64,000 nucleotides of DNA from Thiotrichaceae bacterium. Its GTDB lineage: Bacteria > Pseudomonadota > Gammaproteobacteria > Eutrophobiales > Eutrophobiaceae. The notes below the pieces were generated by a model that searched no databases, was not told where the DNA came from, and saw nothing but the letters and a program-made list of their open reading frames with translations. The position numbers and the translations under genes were made by a program. The DNA is taken from positions 1,465-65,464 of the forward strand of contig DUBV01000045.1 of the NCBI GenBank assembly GCA_012960105.1. Direction: 5' to 3'. Below, piece by piece: positions 18,403-28,790 of the stretch (the stretch's first letter is position 1; each line of letters opens with the position of its first letter).

Positions 18403-19797
18403 TTAACGTTTATTAATTGCAATATTAAGTTTAGTTTCTAATGATGCAATATCCTCTAAATTAACACCAAGTTCTTTTATCTTCTTTATTTTTGAATTGG
18501 AGCTCGCTAAAGTATTTTCTGTAATATCAGTTTCTATTTCTATAATAGATAGTTTAACCAAAGCCTTAATTTGAGACTTGGTTTTTTTATTTTTCGGTTC
18601 AATTTCAATCGCTAATTGTAAATAGTATTTTGCGCTAGAATTTTCGGGGTAGAGCAGGTTGTTGTTTTCTATAGCGTTACTAGCTAGTTTTTGCAGCTGC
18701 TTTATACGAGCCTGCTGCAGTTGTTTTAATTTAATATCTTCGACTTGCTTTATACTTGATCTAAGTATTTTTTCTAGCCTAGATGTAGATTCTTCTTGTA
18801 TATTAAATGTACGAGCTTCTTTTATATAGATACTTGCCTGATCAAGCTTATTGTATTTTATGGCAATGCTTGCTTGCTTAAGAAGTTCGCTTACAAATTT
18901 ATCTTCCAATTCGCTGGTGATATTTTTATCTGCCTTTTCCAGCTTTAATTTATCTAAATAAAATTTAACGCTGTCATCTTCAGGATAAATTATATTGCCT
19001 GCATCCATATGGTTATTTATTAGGGAAATTAATTTTCCAGACTTTTCCCGTTGAGCAGAATATTCACTTTCATTTTCTACATTGTTTAAACCTGTAGTTT
19101 TATTTGATGTTGCAGAATCTTGGTTATGATTTGGAGGACTTTCTTTTATTAACGATGGCTTCGACTCTTTTTTTGTAATAACAGGAATTATGTTTATTTT
19201 TCCTGATAACTTTACCTGACCATTTTCTATTCCTAATAATATGGGCCCGTTATTAGACATAGGAAGGATTTCGTCGGTGACGAGAGTATTTTCATCGTCG
19301 ATGTTTGAAAAGAGAAGCAGTGAAAATGAGATAACGATTAAAATCGCTATAGAGAAAATGTAATTGTTTCGTTTGTTATTTTTTTTCGGTGGTTCATCAT
19401 TAATTTCTAACGATATCGTATCAGTTCCATTTTTTGATTGCTTTCTAATTGCCGCATTGATGCAGTTTGAAACTTGATCTGCAGCAAAGGGTTTTTGTAA
19501 GTATCTGTAGATATTAAAACTTTTGAAAAGCGTCGCCTGACTTTCTGTTTCACCGGATTCTACAGCGGCAATTAAAGTTAATTCAGGGAAAAATGATAAA
19601 ACCTCAATGATTTTTTCCTGATGTTCAACTTTTAGAAAAGCGGCATCAATAATAACAATCTTGATGATGCTATCTGTCAAGATATCACTGAATTGCTCTG
19701 TAGAGTTAGCAAAATGCACAACTATATAGTTGTTAAGCGCGTTCTTTATGTCAGTGAAAGTGCTTTCCTGATTTGATAATACGAGTATTGGAGTCAA
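18403..19797 (-). CDS. Membrane protein with an N-terminal pseudo-receiver (REC-like) domain and a repeat-containing C-terminal domain
   Basis: REC-like layout (IVIIDAAF, LIAAVESG, YLQKPF) but the N-terminal acidic pair is replaced by SNQ. One TM helix (YIFSIAILIVISFSLLLF). Two copies of the N(I/L)(I/L)YPE(D/N)xS(V/A)K(F/Y)YL motif. Confidence 0.5.
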   Translation of the reverse strand: MTPILVLSNQESTFTDIKNALNNYIVVHFANSTEQFSDILTDSIIKIVIIDAAFLKVEHQEKIIEVLSFFPELTLIAAVESGETESQATLFKSFNIYRYLQKPFAADQVSNCINAAIRKQSKNGTDTISLEINDEPPKKNNKRNNYIFSIAILIVISFSLLLFSNIDDENTLVTDEILPMSNNGPILLGIENGQVKLSGKINIIPVITKKESKPSLIKESPPNHNQDSATSNKTTGLNNVENESEYSAQREKSGKLISLINNHMDAGNIIYPEDDSVKFYLDKLKLEKADKNITSELEDKFVSELLKQASIAIKYNKLDQASIYIKEARTFNIQEESTSRLEKILRSSIKQVEDIKLKQLQQARIKQLQKLASNAIENNNLLYPENSSAKYYLQLAIEIEPKNKKTKSQIKALVKLSIIEIETDITENTLASSNSKIKKIKELGVNLEDIASLETKLNIAINKR

Positions 19798-20107
19798 TGG
19801 CGTGTTGTTAGATTCTCTTGGAATCAGTAGCTAAAAAGTGGCGTAATATAGCATGAATTAATATCGAATTTGTTATGAGAAAACGTCTTTATTTCGGCTT
19901 TTTTCTCTGTACAGGGGCAGTTTAATAGCGGGTTCCCACATTTACTCTTACTTTATGTAATTCAACTGTCATCTTATTAATCTACCTTTCACGAGGATTA
20001 ACATCTAAATCATTGATAACAATGAGATTAAAGAGTAATGTTTAACAATAAATATGGGCTGGTTACTCGTCCGTTAAATAATCGTTTTACAATTTGGTGT
20101 ATATCTA

Positions 20108-21016
20108 ATGCGATATTTATTATTAATTATTTTCACTCTTGTGCTCACAGCTTGCGGGCAATCAGAGTACGAAATTGCTTTTGAGGCTTATCAGGCTCGT
20201 GATTATGAGACCGCATTCGAACTAATTTCTGATTTAGCGGATTCCGGCGATATACGAGCTCAAAATATTTTAGGTTTAATGCATGAAAGAGCACAAGGAG
20301 TTGAACGAAATTACTATGAAGCAGAAAAATGGTATCGCAAGGCAGCAGAAAAAGGCGTTGCCGAATCTCAAATTAGATTAGCTCAATTATATGTTCAGGG
20401 TTTAGGAGTCAAAAGGGATTATTGGGAAGGTTTAAAATGGGCTCGCAAAGCGGCAGTACAGGGCAATTCTGAGGCTGAAGCAAATATCGGTTATTTGTTT
20501 CATGATGGTATAGGTGTGAAGCAAGACTATAAAGAAGCAGTAAAATGGTATCGCAAAGCGGCAGAAAAAGATTGGGTCAGTGCGCAACATGATCTTGGTG
20601 TAATGTATGAAAATGGTCATGGTGTGGAACAAGATTATATTGTCGCTCTTGAATGGTACCGTAAGGCCGCAGCGCGTGGAAATATTGCCTCGCAAACTAA
20701 CCTGATTAATTTATATCAAAAAAATATAGGTATTACTAAAAGTGATGCCGAAGTATTAGAGTGGTTTATTAATACGGCAAAAGACAAATACGTAATGGCT
20801 CAATATAAATTAGGAGCGATGTATTACGCTGGAGATAAAACCACACAGGATTATATTCAGGCCTATGCATGGATCGGTATCGTTGCTGTTGCCGGTTACA
20901 AACCAGCAGAACGGTTTCGAGATGAAATAGGCTCAAAACTTAAAACTGAAGAACTTAAAGAAGCGCGATTGCTCGCAAAAGAACTTTGGGACAATTACGG
21001 GAAAGTAGTTAATTAA
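20108..21016 (+). CDS. Sel1-repeat (SLR) lipoprotein
   Basis: Lipobox LTACG and six or more repeats of the A..WYRKAAE.G...AQ..LG.MY..G.GV..D type. Confidence 0.85.
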   Translation: MRYLLLIIFTLVLTACGQSEYEIAFEAYQARDYETAFELISDLADSGDIRAQNILGLMHERAQGVERNYYEAEKWYRKAAEKGVAESQIRLAQLYVQGLGVKRDYWEGLKWARKAAVQGNSEAEANIGYLFHDGIGVKQDYKEAVKWYRKAAEKDWVSAQHDLGVMYENGHGVEQDYIVALEWYRKAAARGNIASQTNLINLYQKNIGITKSDAEVLEWFINTAKDKYVMAQYKLGAMYYAGDKTTQDYIQAYAWIGIVAVAGYKPAERFRDEIGSKLKTEELKEARLLAKELWDNYGKVVN

Positions 21017-21257
21017 TACAAGACTAGGTTCTAAACTAAACATCTCAAACATCATTTCTATTGTTACAGCCTTAATTTCTTAAGGCTAAATACTTGACAA
21101 CAATAAAAAACAGGCAGAATATCCTGCCCCATGAAAATTTACTCAATGACAAAACTGGTATTTATTTGGCACCGCACCGAAATGTGTGGCGTTGATAAGC
21201 ACCTGTGTGTCAGAGAATTTGTATTTTGATATCTAATAAATAGATATAAGTAATTCT

Positions 21258-21296
21258 AAAAGGCCGCCGGTGTTATAACCCGCGGCCTTTTTTTTT
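21258..21296 (+). terminator. Strong rho-independent terminator
   Basis: aggccgc(21261..21267)/gcggcct(21282..21288) stem followed by a 9-T run, with an A-run upstream (potentially bidirectional). Confidence 0.8.
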
Positions 21297-21401
21297 GGCC
21301 AAGGATGGCCTTATGCCGTGATGCACATGGATGTGCGAGAACGGCGTTGCTCATTAATAACCTAAACTAAACCGGAGGCTCATACCAAATGAGATAATGA
21401 A

Positions 21402-21788
21402 ATGAAAACCTTGATTGCCAAATTAATAGTAGGATTATTATTATTTAATATTCAGTCCGTAAAGGGGCAGAGTATTGATTACACTAGTCGAAACTACTTG
21501 ATACATTCCTGTAAGTTATTTGCCAAAGACGCCTATAAGGCAGCGGATACTTTTCGTCGTGGGGCGATGCTTCAGGATATTTTAAGGCTAATTGAAAACG
21601 CACATGTTGCAGGCTCTATGAAGCATCGTGCATTTCAGGCAATTCAATTTGTATGGAAGAACCAGTTGGACAATTCTGTGCTAGCTTATAGTTTAGCTAT
21701 GGGACTATGTTTGAAGCCTAAAAACGTAATGGCTCCAATAGATGAACCTTGGCTCACTTCACCAAGAACGAGCAAGGAATTTTTTTAA
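21402..21788 (+). CDS. Hypothetical secreted protein
   Basis: Signal peptide (MKTLIAKLIVGLLLFNIQSVKG); no recognisable motif. Confidence 0.5.
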   Translation: MKTLIAKLIVGLLLFNIQSVKGQSIDYTSRNYLIHSCKLFAKDAYKAADTFRRGAMLQDILRLIENAHVAGSMKHRAFQAIQFVWKNQLDNSVLAYSLAMGLCLKPKNVMAPIDEPWLTSPRTSKEFF

Positions 21789-21800
21789 TGAGATGTAATT

Positions 21801-21824
21801 GCCGGGATGACCATTCATCCCGGC
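21801..21824. terminator. Perfect 10-bp hairpin between convergent genes
   Basis: gccgggatga / tcatcccggc with a 4-nt loop. No good T-tract on either strand. Confidence 0.5.
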
Positions 21825-21839
21825 ATCATTAGTTATTCT

Positions 21840-22751
21840 TTAGAACAAGTCTTCAATTGATAAATAGCGTTCGCCAGAGTCGTAGCTAAATATTAATACT
21901 CGACAGCCTTTGCTCATGTCATGTTCTTTTTGCTTTAAAGCAGCAAGTGTTGCTCCGGATGAAATGCCAACAAGGATGCCTTCTTCTTTTGCGCAACGTC
22001 GTACCATATCAAAAGAATCTTCTTCTGAAACTTGAATAGTGCCATCGAGAATATCAACATTAAGTACGTCAGGAATAAAACCAGCTCCTATTCCTTGAAG
22101 ACGATGCAGGCCTTTTTCTCCTCCACTAATCACTGGAGATTTCTCGGGTTCTACGGCAAAGACTTGTAGCGCAGAAAAGCTCTCTTTTAATGCTTCGGCG
22201 CAACCGGTGATATGCCCGCCAGTGCCGACACCAGTAATTAAATAATCTAGCCCTTCTGGAAAATCAGCAAGGATTTCCGGAGCGGTGGTATCTTTATGAG
22301 CTTGTACATTCGCGGGGTTTTGAAACTGTTGTGGCATCCAACCATTTTCATGTTCTTCCAATAACTCATTGGCTTTAGCAATTGTGCCGCCCATGCCAAG
22401 TTCTTTTGGCGTTAATACGAGTTCCGCACCAAGCGCTTGCATATATTTACGTCGTTCAATCGACATGGATTCAGGCATAGTCAGTATCAAACGATAACCT
22501 TTGACTGCGGCGACTAGAGCTAAGCCAATACCCGTATTGCCGGAAGTCGGTTCAATAATAACGGTATCTTTATTAATCAATCCTTTTTTCTCGGCATCCT
22601 CTATCATTGCTTTTGCAATACGATCCTTAATACTGCTACAGGGGTTAAAACTTTCTGTCTTCATCCATACTTCGATATCATCCCGAAACAGTTTGTTGAT
22701 TCGAATATGCGGTGTATCACCAATCGTTTCTAGGATATTGTTGTATTTCAT
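21840..22751 (-). CDS. cysK: Cysteine synthase (O-acetylserine sulfhydrylase), PLP-dependent
   Basis: NPCSSIKDR lysine motif, [18 protein letters not shown]. Confidence 0.9.
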   Translation of the reverse strand: MKYNNILETIGDTPHIRINKLFRDDIEVWMKTESFNPCSSIKDRIAKAMIEDAEKKGLINKDTVIIEPTSGNTGIGLALVAAVKGYRLILTMPESMSIERRKYMQALGAELVLTPKELGMGGTIAKANELLEEHENGWMPQQFQNPANVQAHKDTTAPEILADFPEGLDYLITGVGTGGHITGCAEALKESFSALQVFAVEPEKSPVISGGEKGLHRLQGIGAGFIPDVLNVDILDGTIQVSEEDSFDMVRRCAKEEGILVGISSGATLAALKQKEHDMSKGCRVLIFSYDSGERYLSIEDLF

Positions 22752-22878
22752 AATGGCTTCCTGTTATAGCAATGTGTTAAATAGATTGTCTGTGATTCCA
22801 GTTTAGAATGGTTTTCCAAAGCTAGGGCATAATTAGATATGTTAGTAAATTGAACTGTGAATGACTATCAGAATATAT

Positions 22879-23388
22879 TTATATGTCATCTGATTTAGCG
22901 ATAGAAATCTCAGCAAGCAAGCCAGTGGTTCTACGTAGGCGTAAACTGATTATTTCGCCAATCTTCCACAATAATTTAACACCAAGTGCATGGTTTTCAG
23001 AAACTAGTTTCTTAAAATCAGGTCCTGTGATAATAAAAACAACTGAATCAACAGTAGCAATAGCCGAAGCTGATACCGGCTCATCATCCAAAATACCCAT
23101 TTCACCAATAGAACCTCCGGCCTTTATATCAGCAACCTTTAAATGTTCTGCACCGGATATTTCTTTAAAAATAGCAATTTCACCTTCTGCAATCAGGCAG
23201 AACTCAGGCGTTTGGTTACCTTCTTCAAAGACGGTAGTACCTGACTTAGCTTGGTACGGTTTGACCCACTGTATTAATGAATCTAGTTCATTCTGGTTTA
23301 GCTTAGAAAAAAACTGGATGCTTTTAAGATAATCCATAATGCTTTTTTCATTCGAAGCGGTTTCCTCAAGTGGAATTAGGTTTCCCAT
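22879..23388 (-). CDS. Stand-alone cyclic-nucleotide-binding domain protein
   Basis: GGSIGEMGILDDEPVSASAIA cNMP-binding cassette. I prefer the start at MGNLIPLEE (23388) over the track start at 23490. Confidence 0.7.
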   Translation of the reverse strand: MGNLIPLEETASNEKSIMDYLKSIQFFSKLNQNELDSLIQWVKPYQAKSGTTVFEEGNQTPEFCLIAEGEIAIFKEISGAEHLKVADIKAGGSIGEMGILDDEPVSASAIATVDSVVFIITGPDFKKLVSENHALGVKLLWKIGEIISLRLRRTTGLLAEISIAKSDDI

Positions 23389-23518
23389 GACATTTGCCTT
23401 AAGATTTTTTATTGCTAACAGCAATAGAGAAATATGCTTCGAAAGTAAAAACAAATCGAGAAATTCAGGATAAAATGACAATTGGCTCAATATACAGTTA
23501 TTTAATGGAATTTTCTTA

Positions 23519-24700
23519 ATGCTAATGAAAACGTCGCCTTTTCCGAATAAAATTATCTTTAATTCTATATTGCTACTAAATTCGATTTTATTTAGTTGTT
23601 ATTCATCAACTGTTTTATCTCAATCATCTACTAAAGAAATATGTTTTAATTTTTATATTGTCACAAAGAAAACTGCTGCAGAATCAGAGGCTGGTGTTTT
23701 TGAAAAACAAAAAAATCTGCTGCTACATCAACTATCAAAAAGCCAAAGTGTGTTTGATGAGAATCTAGAGAGAAAATGTCCGGCTATAAAATTATCAAAG
23801 GGAAAAATAAGACAGATTGTTTGGAAGAATGCACACTTGTTGAGTAAGCCAGTCGATCAGGGGAGCAATGAAGCAACGGAAGCTTATCTTTTTAGGAAAT
23901 TTACTAAAGCTTCAAGTGATCTAAGTTTGATCGTTCAAAAAATTAGAGAGCAAGAAAAAATGTCGTATCGTTCTCTACTTAGACTTTATCCCGGACGAGC
24001 CATAGTCAAAGCAAATAATTTTATGAATAAATTAATAGAACATCGTAAGACATTGAACAATATAAAATCAGATGATATTACGAAGTTACAAATAATGATT
24101 AGTAATAATATTGAGAAAATAAAATTAAAACTAGACTCATATATGAAAGAAAGTAGTGTCGAGCTTATACAAAAAGCTAGAGAAAGAATAAGTAAATACG
24201 AAAAGGTAGATCAAGTAAGCGCGAGCACATGGGCTGAAGGCGAACTGGTTTTCTGGAATGACCTAGAAGCACAAGACACCTCGGTAGAATTAAAAAACTT
24301 ACTTAAATACTATCGTACGTCAGATAATCAATGCTTGGATCTTTATGTTATTCCTAATGGAAAGACACCCTCTAGGCATAATAAAGAAGCAAATAAAAAC
24401 GGAAAATGGACAAGCAGGGGTGGTGCAACAATATCAACAAAAAATTTTCCAAGAACCACGAATGGAATAGGAGATGCGATATTACTGACCTACAACACCA
24501 GAGAGTCAGAAACTAGATTGGCTCATGAGTTAGTTCATCTTCTTCTTGGAAAAGGCGATGCCCATGCAGAAAAAAAAGAAAAAGACCTGATGCATGAGCA
24601 TAGTAAAGGCGGTTCTTACCTTGATGAAATAGAATGCGAGCAGATTAGAGAAAATGCACTCGAATTTTATGGCGGTGTAACCGAGAGTCGCAAAAACTGA
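23519..24700 (+). CDS. Secreted protein with a C-terminal HExxH motif (putative zinc metalloprotease)
   Basis: Signal-like N-terminus, K/E-rich coiled middle, then RLAHELVHLLLG followed by MHEH. Confidence 0.45.
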   Translation: MLMKTSPFPNKIIFNSILLLNSILFSCYSSTVLSQSSTKEICFNFYIVTKKTAAESEAGVFEKQKNLLLHQLSKSQSVFDENLERKCPAIKLSKGKIRQIVWKNAHLLSKPVDQGSNEATEAYLFRKFTKASSDLSLIVQKIREQEKMSYRSLLRLYPGRAIVKANNFMNKLIEHRKTLNNIKSDDITKLQIMISNNIEKIKLKLDSYMKESSVELIQKARERISKYEKVDQVSASTWAEGELVFWNDLEAQDTSVELKNLLKYYRTSDNQCLDLYVIPNGKTPSRHNKEANKNGKWTSRGGATISTKNFPRTTNGIGDAILLTYNTRESETRLAHELVHLLLGKGDAHAEKKEKDLMHEHSKGGSYLDEIECEQIRENALEFYGGVTESRKN

Positions 24701-24736
24701 TAATATTAGAACTTAGTCGAAAAGTTCTATTACTAT

Positions 24737-25009
24737 TTATTTTTTAAATGATCTCGATTTCTTTAACGCAGGATTATCGTGATTAAGTTCAGCTTGTACA
24801 TCTTTGACGCTATGCATATAGATCATTTCGCGTCCCATTACACTGCCGGCATAAGAGTTGCCGTATTTCGTAGGTGTTAAATCACACTGGACACTATGTA
24901 CACCTTCGCCGATAACAATAGAAATCAGATTAGCTTGTTTCTTTAAAACAACCACTTCCATCGATTGGCCGCTTTCCGTGTTTGATACTGTAATCTTTTC
25001 TGTATGCAT
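24737..25009 (-). CDS. Hypothetical 90-aa protein
   Basis: ORF only, tightly upstream-adjacent to the AraC gene on the same strand. Confidence 0.4.
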   Translation of the reverse strand: MHTEKITVSNTESGQSMEVVVLKKQANLISIVIGEGVHSVQCDLTPTKYGNSYAGSVMGREMIYMHSVKDVQAELNHDNPALKKSRSFKK

Positions 25010-25023
25010 AATGAGTTTAATTA

Positions 25024-25941
25024 TTAATGTTTAACCATTTTATTTTTGTATGTACTCGGTGTGCAGCCAAAAAATTGGGTAAAGCGGCGGCTAAAATGAC
25101 TAAGGTCATTAAAGCCCACAGTATAACAAGCCTCGCTTACAGACTTGCCAGCTTCAATTGCTTCTGCTGCCAGCTTTAAGCGTAATTGTTGTTGATACTC
25201 GTTAGGCGAACAACCAACTTGCTTTTTAAATTCGACATAGAGTTTGCTGCGACTCATACATGCACAACGACAGAGTTGTTCTATATCTAATGGTTGCGAA
25301 AAATTCTGTGCTATGAAGGAGAGGCCGGCAGAAATGCTGCTAGCATCTGGAGTGTGCTGGCAATAATCCAGTAATACTTCTCGACCTTGTTGTCTTAACA
25401 GTCGAATAATTAATTCCGTTACACCTAAATCGATCAACATTTCTTTATCGGACGAATCATTAGTGAATAGGCCGACGAGTCGTTCTAATAGTTGTTGAGT
25501 CTCTGTGGTGTGATGAGTATGAATAACATGTGGCTGGTATTGCCAATCATGTTCTACGGCACCTAAAGTCGTTACCCCTCGCATCCGTTCGGATAAAAAA
25601 TCAACCCGATCTTTGTCGATTTCTATGGTTAAACAGGTAGTAGGACGTTGCTCATTAGCTTCAGGAAAATCAATTTCGACGTATTCCCCAGGAGGCATGA
25701 CATAAGATTCATGAGGTAAAAACACTTTGCCTGCTTCGTCGTGGAAGTCATGCATGATTTTTCGTCCTTTCACCATCCCGCAAAAAAGCAATTGGTCGGC
25801 ATCAAGCCCAACTCGGGAGGCTGTACGATAAGTATCATAAATACTCAAAACTGACTCAGGCCCTTGAAAAGACAGCTTATTTTCTACCAATAACTGGCGT
25901 TTTTCGCGCCTTTTTGAAAGCGGCAACAGTGAGTTTTGCAT
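25024..25941 (-). CDS. AraC-family transcriptional regulator
   Basis: C-terminal double HTH (CRCACMSRSKLYVEFKK...GFNDLSHFSRRFTQFFGCTPSTY). Divergent from the aldehyde dehydrogenase gene. Confidence 0.85.
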   Translation of the reverse strand: MQNSLLPLSKRREKRQLLVENKLSFQGPESVLSIYDTYRTASRVGLDADQLLFCGMVKGRKIMHDFHDEAGKVFLPHESYVMPPGEYVEIDFPEANEQRPTTCLTIEIDKDRVDFLSERMRGVTTLGAVEHDWQYQPHVIHTHHTTETQQLLERLVGLFTNDSSDKEMLIDLGVTELIIRLLRQQGREVLLDYCQHTPDASSISAGLSFIAQNFSQPLDIEQLCRCACMSRSKLYVEFKKQVGCSPNEYQQQLRLKLAAEAIEAGKSVSEACYTVGFNDLSHFSRRFTQFFGCTPSTYKNKMVKH

Positions 25942-26086
25942 AAGTTACTCCAAACAATTATGGAAGTCGATTGAGCAATTTTGTCTCTATTCAGGACAGT
26001 TAGTCAAGTACTTAGGAATGTCAGTCAACTATAGCGCCAGATAGGCGGTTTATTATTGAAAATTACAAAAACAAGAGAGAGAGATT

Positions 26087-27607
26087 ATGATTTATACGCA
26101 ACCTGGTGCAGAAGGGGCAGTGGTTTCATTTAACGAACGCTATGGAAACTATATAAATGGTGAATGGGTAGCACCGGTGAAAGGTAATTATTTCACTAAT
26201 ATTACACCGGTTACCGGAGAAGGTTTTTGTGAGATACCACGTTCCACTGAAGAAGACATTAATCTAGCACTCGATGCTGCTCATGCTGCGAAAGATGCTT
26301 GGGGAAAAACTTCAATTACAGAACGTTCCAATCTATTGCTGAAAATCGCAGACCGTATGGAAGCTAATCTTGAGATGCTCGCAGTTGCAGAGACTTGGGA
26401 TAACGGCAAAGCAGTACGCGAAACCTTGGCTGCCGACGTACCATTATGTATAGACCATTTTCGTTATTATGCCGGTTGTATTCGTGCTCAGGAAGGAACC
26501 ATGGGCGAAATAGATGAGAATACAGTGTCATATCAATTCCACGAACCACTTGGTGTAGTCGGCCAAATCATTCCCTGGAATTTTCCTTTACTTATGGCCG
26601 CATGGAAATTAGCGCCGGCTTTAGTAACCGGAAACTGCATAGTATTAAAACCTGCTGAACAAACGCCGGTTTCTATCTTAAAGTTAATAGAAGTTATTGG
26701 AGATCTTCTACCTCCAGGCGTACTGAATATCGTCAATGGCTTTGGCAAAGAAGCTGGTCAAGCTTTAGCAACGAGTAAACGCATCGATAAAATTGCTTTT
26801 ACTGGTTCGACACCTACAGGTTCACATATTCTAAAATGTGCCGCGGAAAATATTATTCCTTCAACTGTTGAGTTAGGCGGTAAGTCACCTAATATTTTCT
26901 TTGAAGATATCATGAAGCAAGAAGATGATTACATTAGTAAATGCGCGGAAGGTGCAGTGCTAGCATTCTTTAATCAGGGAGAGGTTTGTACTTGTCCTTC
27001 ACGAGCATTAATTCAAGAAAGCATTTACGACGAATTTATATCAATCGTTATTGAAAGATCAAAGCAAATTATTCGTGGTAATCCATTAGATACGGATGTG
27101 CAAGTTGGCGCGCAAGTGTCAAAAGATCAGTTCGATAAAATTCTTAATTATATAGAGATAGGCAAGAAAGAAGGCGCCGAGCTACTAATAGGCGGTAATG
27201 TTGCACAAGTTGGTTCTGGTTATGACAGCGGTTATTACATAGAGCCAACATTACTAAAAGGCACTAATGATATGTGTGTCTTTCAAGAAGAAATATTTGG
27301 TCCTGTCGTATCAGTGACCACGTTTAAAGATGAAGCTGAAGCTTTAGCTATTGCTAATGATACTGAGTTTGGATTAGGCGCTGGTGTTTGGACTCGCGAT
27401 ATAAATCTTGCTTATCGTATGGGACGAGGCATTCAAGCAGGTCGAGTATGGACGAATTGTTATCATCTTTATCCTGCTCATGCAGCGTTTGGTGGTTATA
27501 AAAAATCAGGCATAGGTCGAGAAACTCATAAGATGATGCTTGATCATTATCAACAAACTAAAAATTTATTAGTGAGTTATAGCACGAGTCCTCTCGGATT
27601 TTTCTAG
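26087..27607 (+). CDS. NAD-dependent aldehyde dehydrogenase (506-aa ExaC/AcoD type)
   Basis: [20 protein letters not shown] catalytic Cys, EEIFGPV. Confidence 0.9.
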   Translation: MIYTQPGAEGAVVSFNERYGNYINGEWVAPVKGNYFTNITPVTGEGFCEIPRSTEEDINLALDAAHAAKDAWGKTSITERSNLLLKIADRMEANLEMLAVAETWDNGKAVRETLAADVPLCIDHFRYYAGCIRAQEGTMGEIDENTVSYQFHEPLGVVGQIIPWNFPLLMAAWKLAPALVTGNCIVLKPAEQTPVSILKLIEVIGDLLPPGVLNIVNGFGKEAGQALATSKRIDKIAFTGSTPTGSHILKCAAENIIPSTVELGGKSPNIFFEDIMKQEDDYISKCAEGAVLAFFNQGEVCTCPSRALIQESIYDEFISIVIERSKQIIRGNPLDTDVQVGAQVSKDQFDKILNYIEIGKKEGAELLIGGNVAQVGSGYDSGYYIEPTLLKGTNDMCVFQEEIFGPVVSVTTFKDEAEALAIANDTEFGLGAGVWTRDINLAYRMGRGIQAGRVWTNCYHLYPAHAAFGGYKKSGIGRETHKMMLDHYQQTKNLLVSYSTSPLGFF

Positions 27608-27788
27608 GATAAAAATAGAGTTTAACCAGTAGGCCGGTTTATTTATGTAGTCTAAATAAGTCGGTCTGCTACCTTAATGAATTAATATTAATAGATGTAC
27701 TTAAATAATTTTGTCATGAAATGATCTTTATTCATCTTGTGACGTTGTTGTTTATTTGAAAAGAATAAAAGAGAAGGAAGGTTTATAA

Positions 27789-28769
27789 ATGAAAACACCT
27801 GTACAAGTAGCAGTCACTGGCGCAGCAGGTCAGATTGCATATTCAATTTTGTTTCGTATTGCTTCTGGCGAAATGTTGGGTCCGGATCAACCTGTCGTAT
27901 TACGTTGTCTTGAGATAACGTCAGCTATGCAGGCACTAGTCGGTGTTGCTATGGAAGTCGACGATTGTGCTTTCCCTTTAGTCGATAGAATTGTTTTAAC
28001 TGATGATCCAAACGAAGCTTTTAAAGGTGCGGATATTGCAATGTTAATTGGTGCTAGACCAAGAGGAGCAGGCATGGAACGTTCTGATCTATTAAAAGCT
28101 AATGGTGGTATTTTCAAAATTCAAGGCGAAGCTTTAAATAGAAATGCTAAGCGTGATGTGAAAGTTGTAGTTGTAGGAAATCCGGCAAACACGAATGCAC
28201 ATACAGCAATGCGTTTTGCTCCCGATTTAAACGCTCGGAATTTTACAGCACTAACAAGACTTGATCACAACCGAGCTTTGTCTCAACTTGCAGATAAAAC
28301 TAAATCTAGTGCACATGAAATCAAGAAGATGACTATCTGGGGAAATCACTCAACAACACAGTACCCAGACATAAGTCATGCAACAGTCGCTGGGAAAGCG
28401 GCTATAGATTTAGTAGAGCAATCATGGAATGAAGCTGAATATATTCCGCGTGTTGCAAAACGAGGCGCAGAAATTATTGCAGCAAGAGGTGCATCTAGTG
28501 CGGCTTCGGCTGCGAATGGTGCAGTCGAACACATTCGTGATTGGGTACTTGGCACACCGGAAGATGATTGGGTCAGCATGGCTGTTCCGAGTGATGGTAG
28601 TTATGGCATTCCTGAAGGTTTAATGTATTCATTTCCCGTGCGTTGTAAGGACGGCAATTACCAAATTGTTCAGGACTTGGAAATCAATGATTTTAGTCAA
28701 TCAAAAATGGATCTGACTCAGAAAGAATTAGAACAAGAGCGTGATGCTGTTAACGAATTAGTAGGTTAA
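27789..28769 (+). CDS. mdh: Malate dehydrogenase (326-aa type)
   Basis: [49 protein letters not shown]. Confidence 0.9.
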   Translation: MKTPVQVAVTGAAGQIAYSILFRIASGEMLGPDQPVVLRCLEITSAMQALVGVAMEVDDCAFPLVDRIVLTDDPNEAFKGADIAMLIGARPRGAGMERSDLLKANGGIFKIQGEALNRNAKRDVKVVVVGNPANTNAHTAMRFAPDLNARNFTALTRLDHNRALSQLADKTKSSAHEIKKMTIWGNHSTTQYPDISHATVAGKAAIDLVEQSWNEAEYIPRVAKRGAEIIAARGASSAASAANGAVEHIRDWVLGTPEDDWVSMAVPSDGSYGIPEGLMYSFPVRCKDGNYQIVQDLEINDFSQSKMDLTQKELEQERDAVNELVG

Positions 28770-28790
28770 TTTAAAATAGAGAAGAAACTA

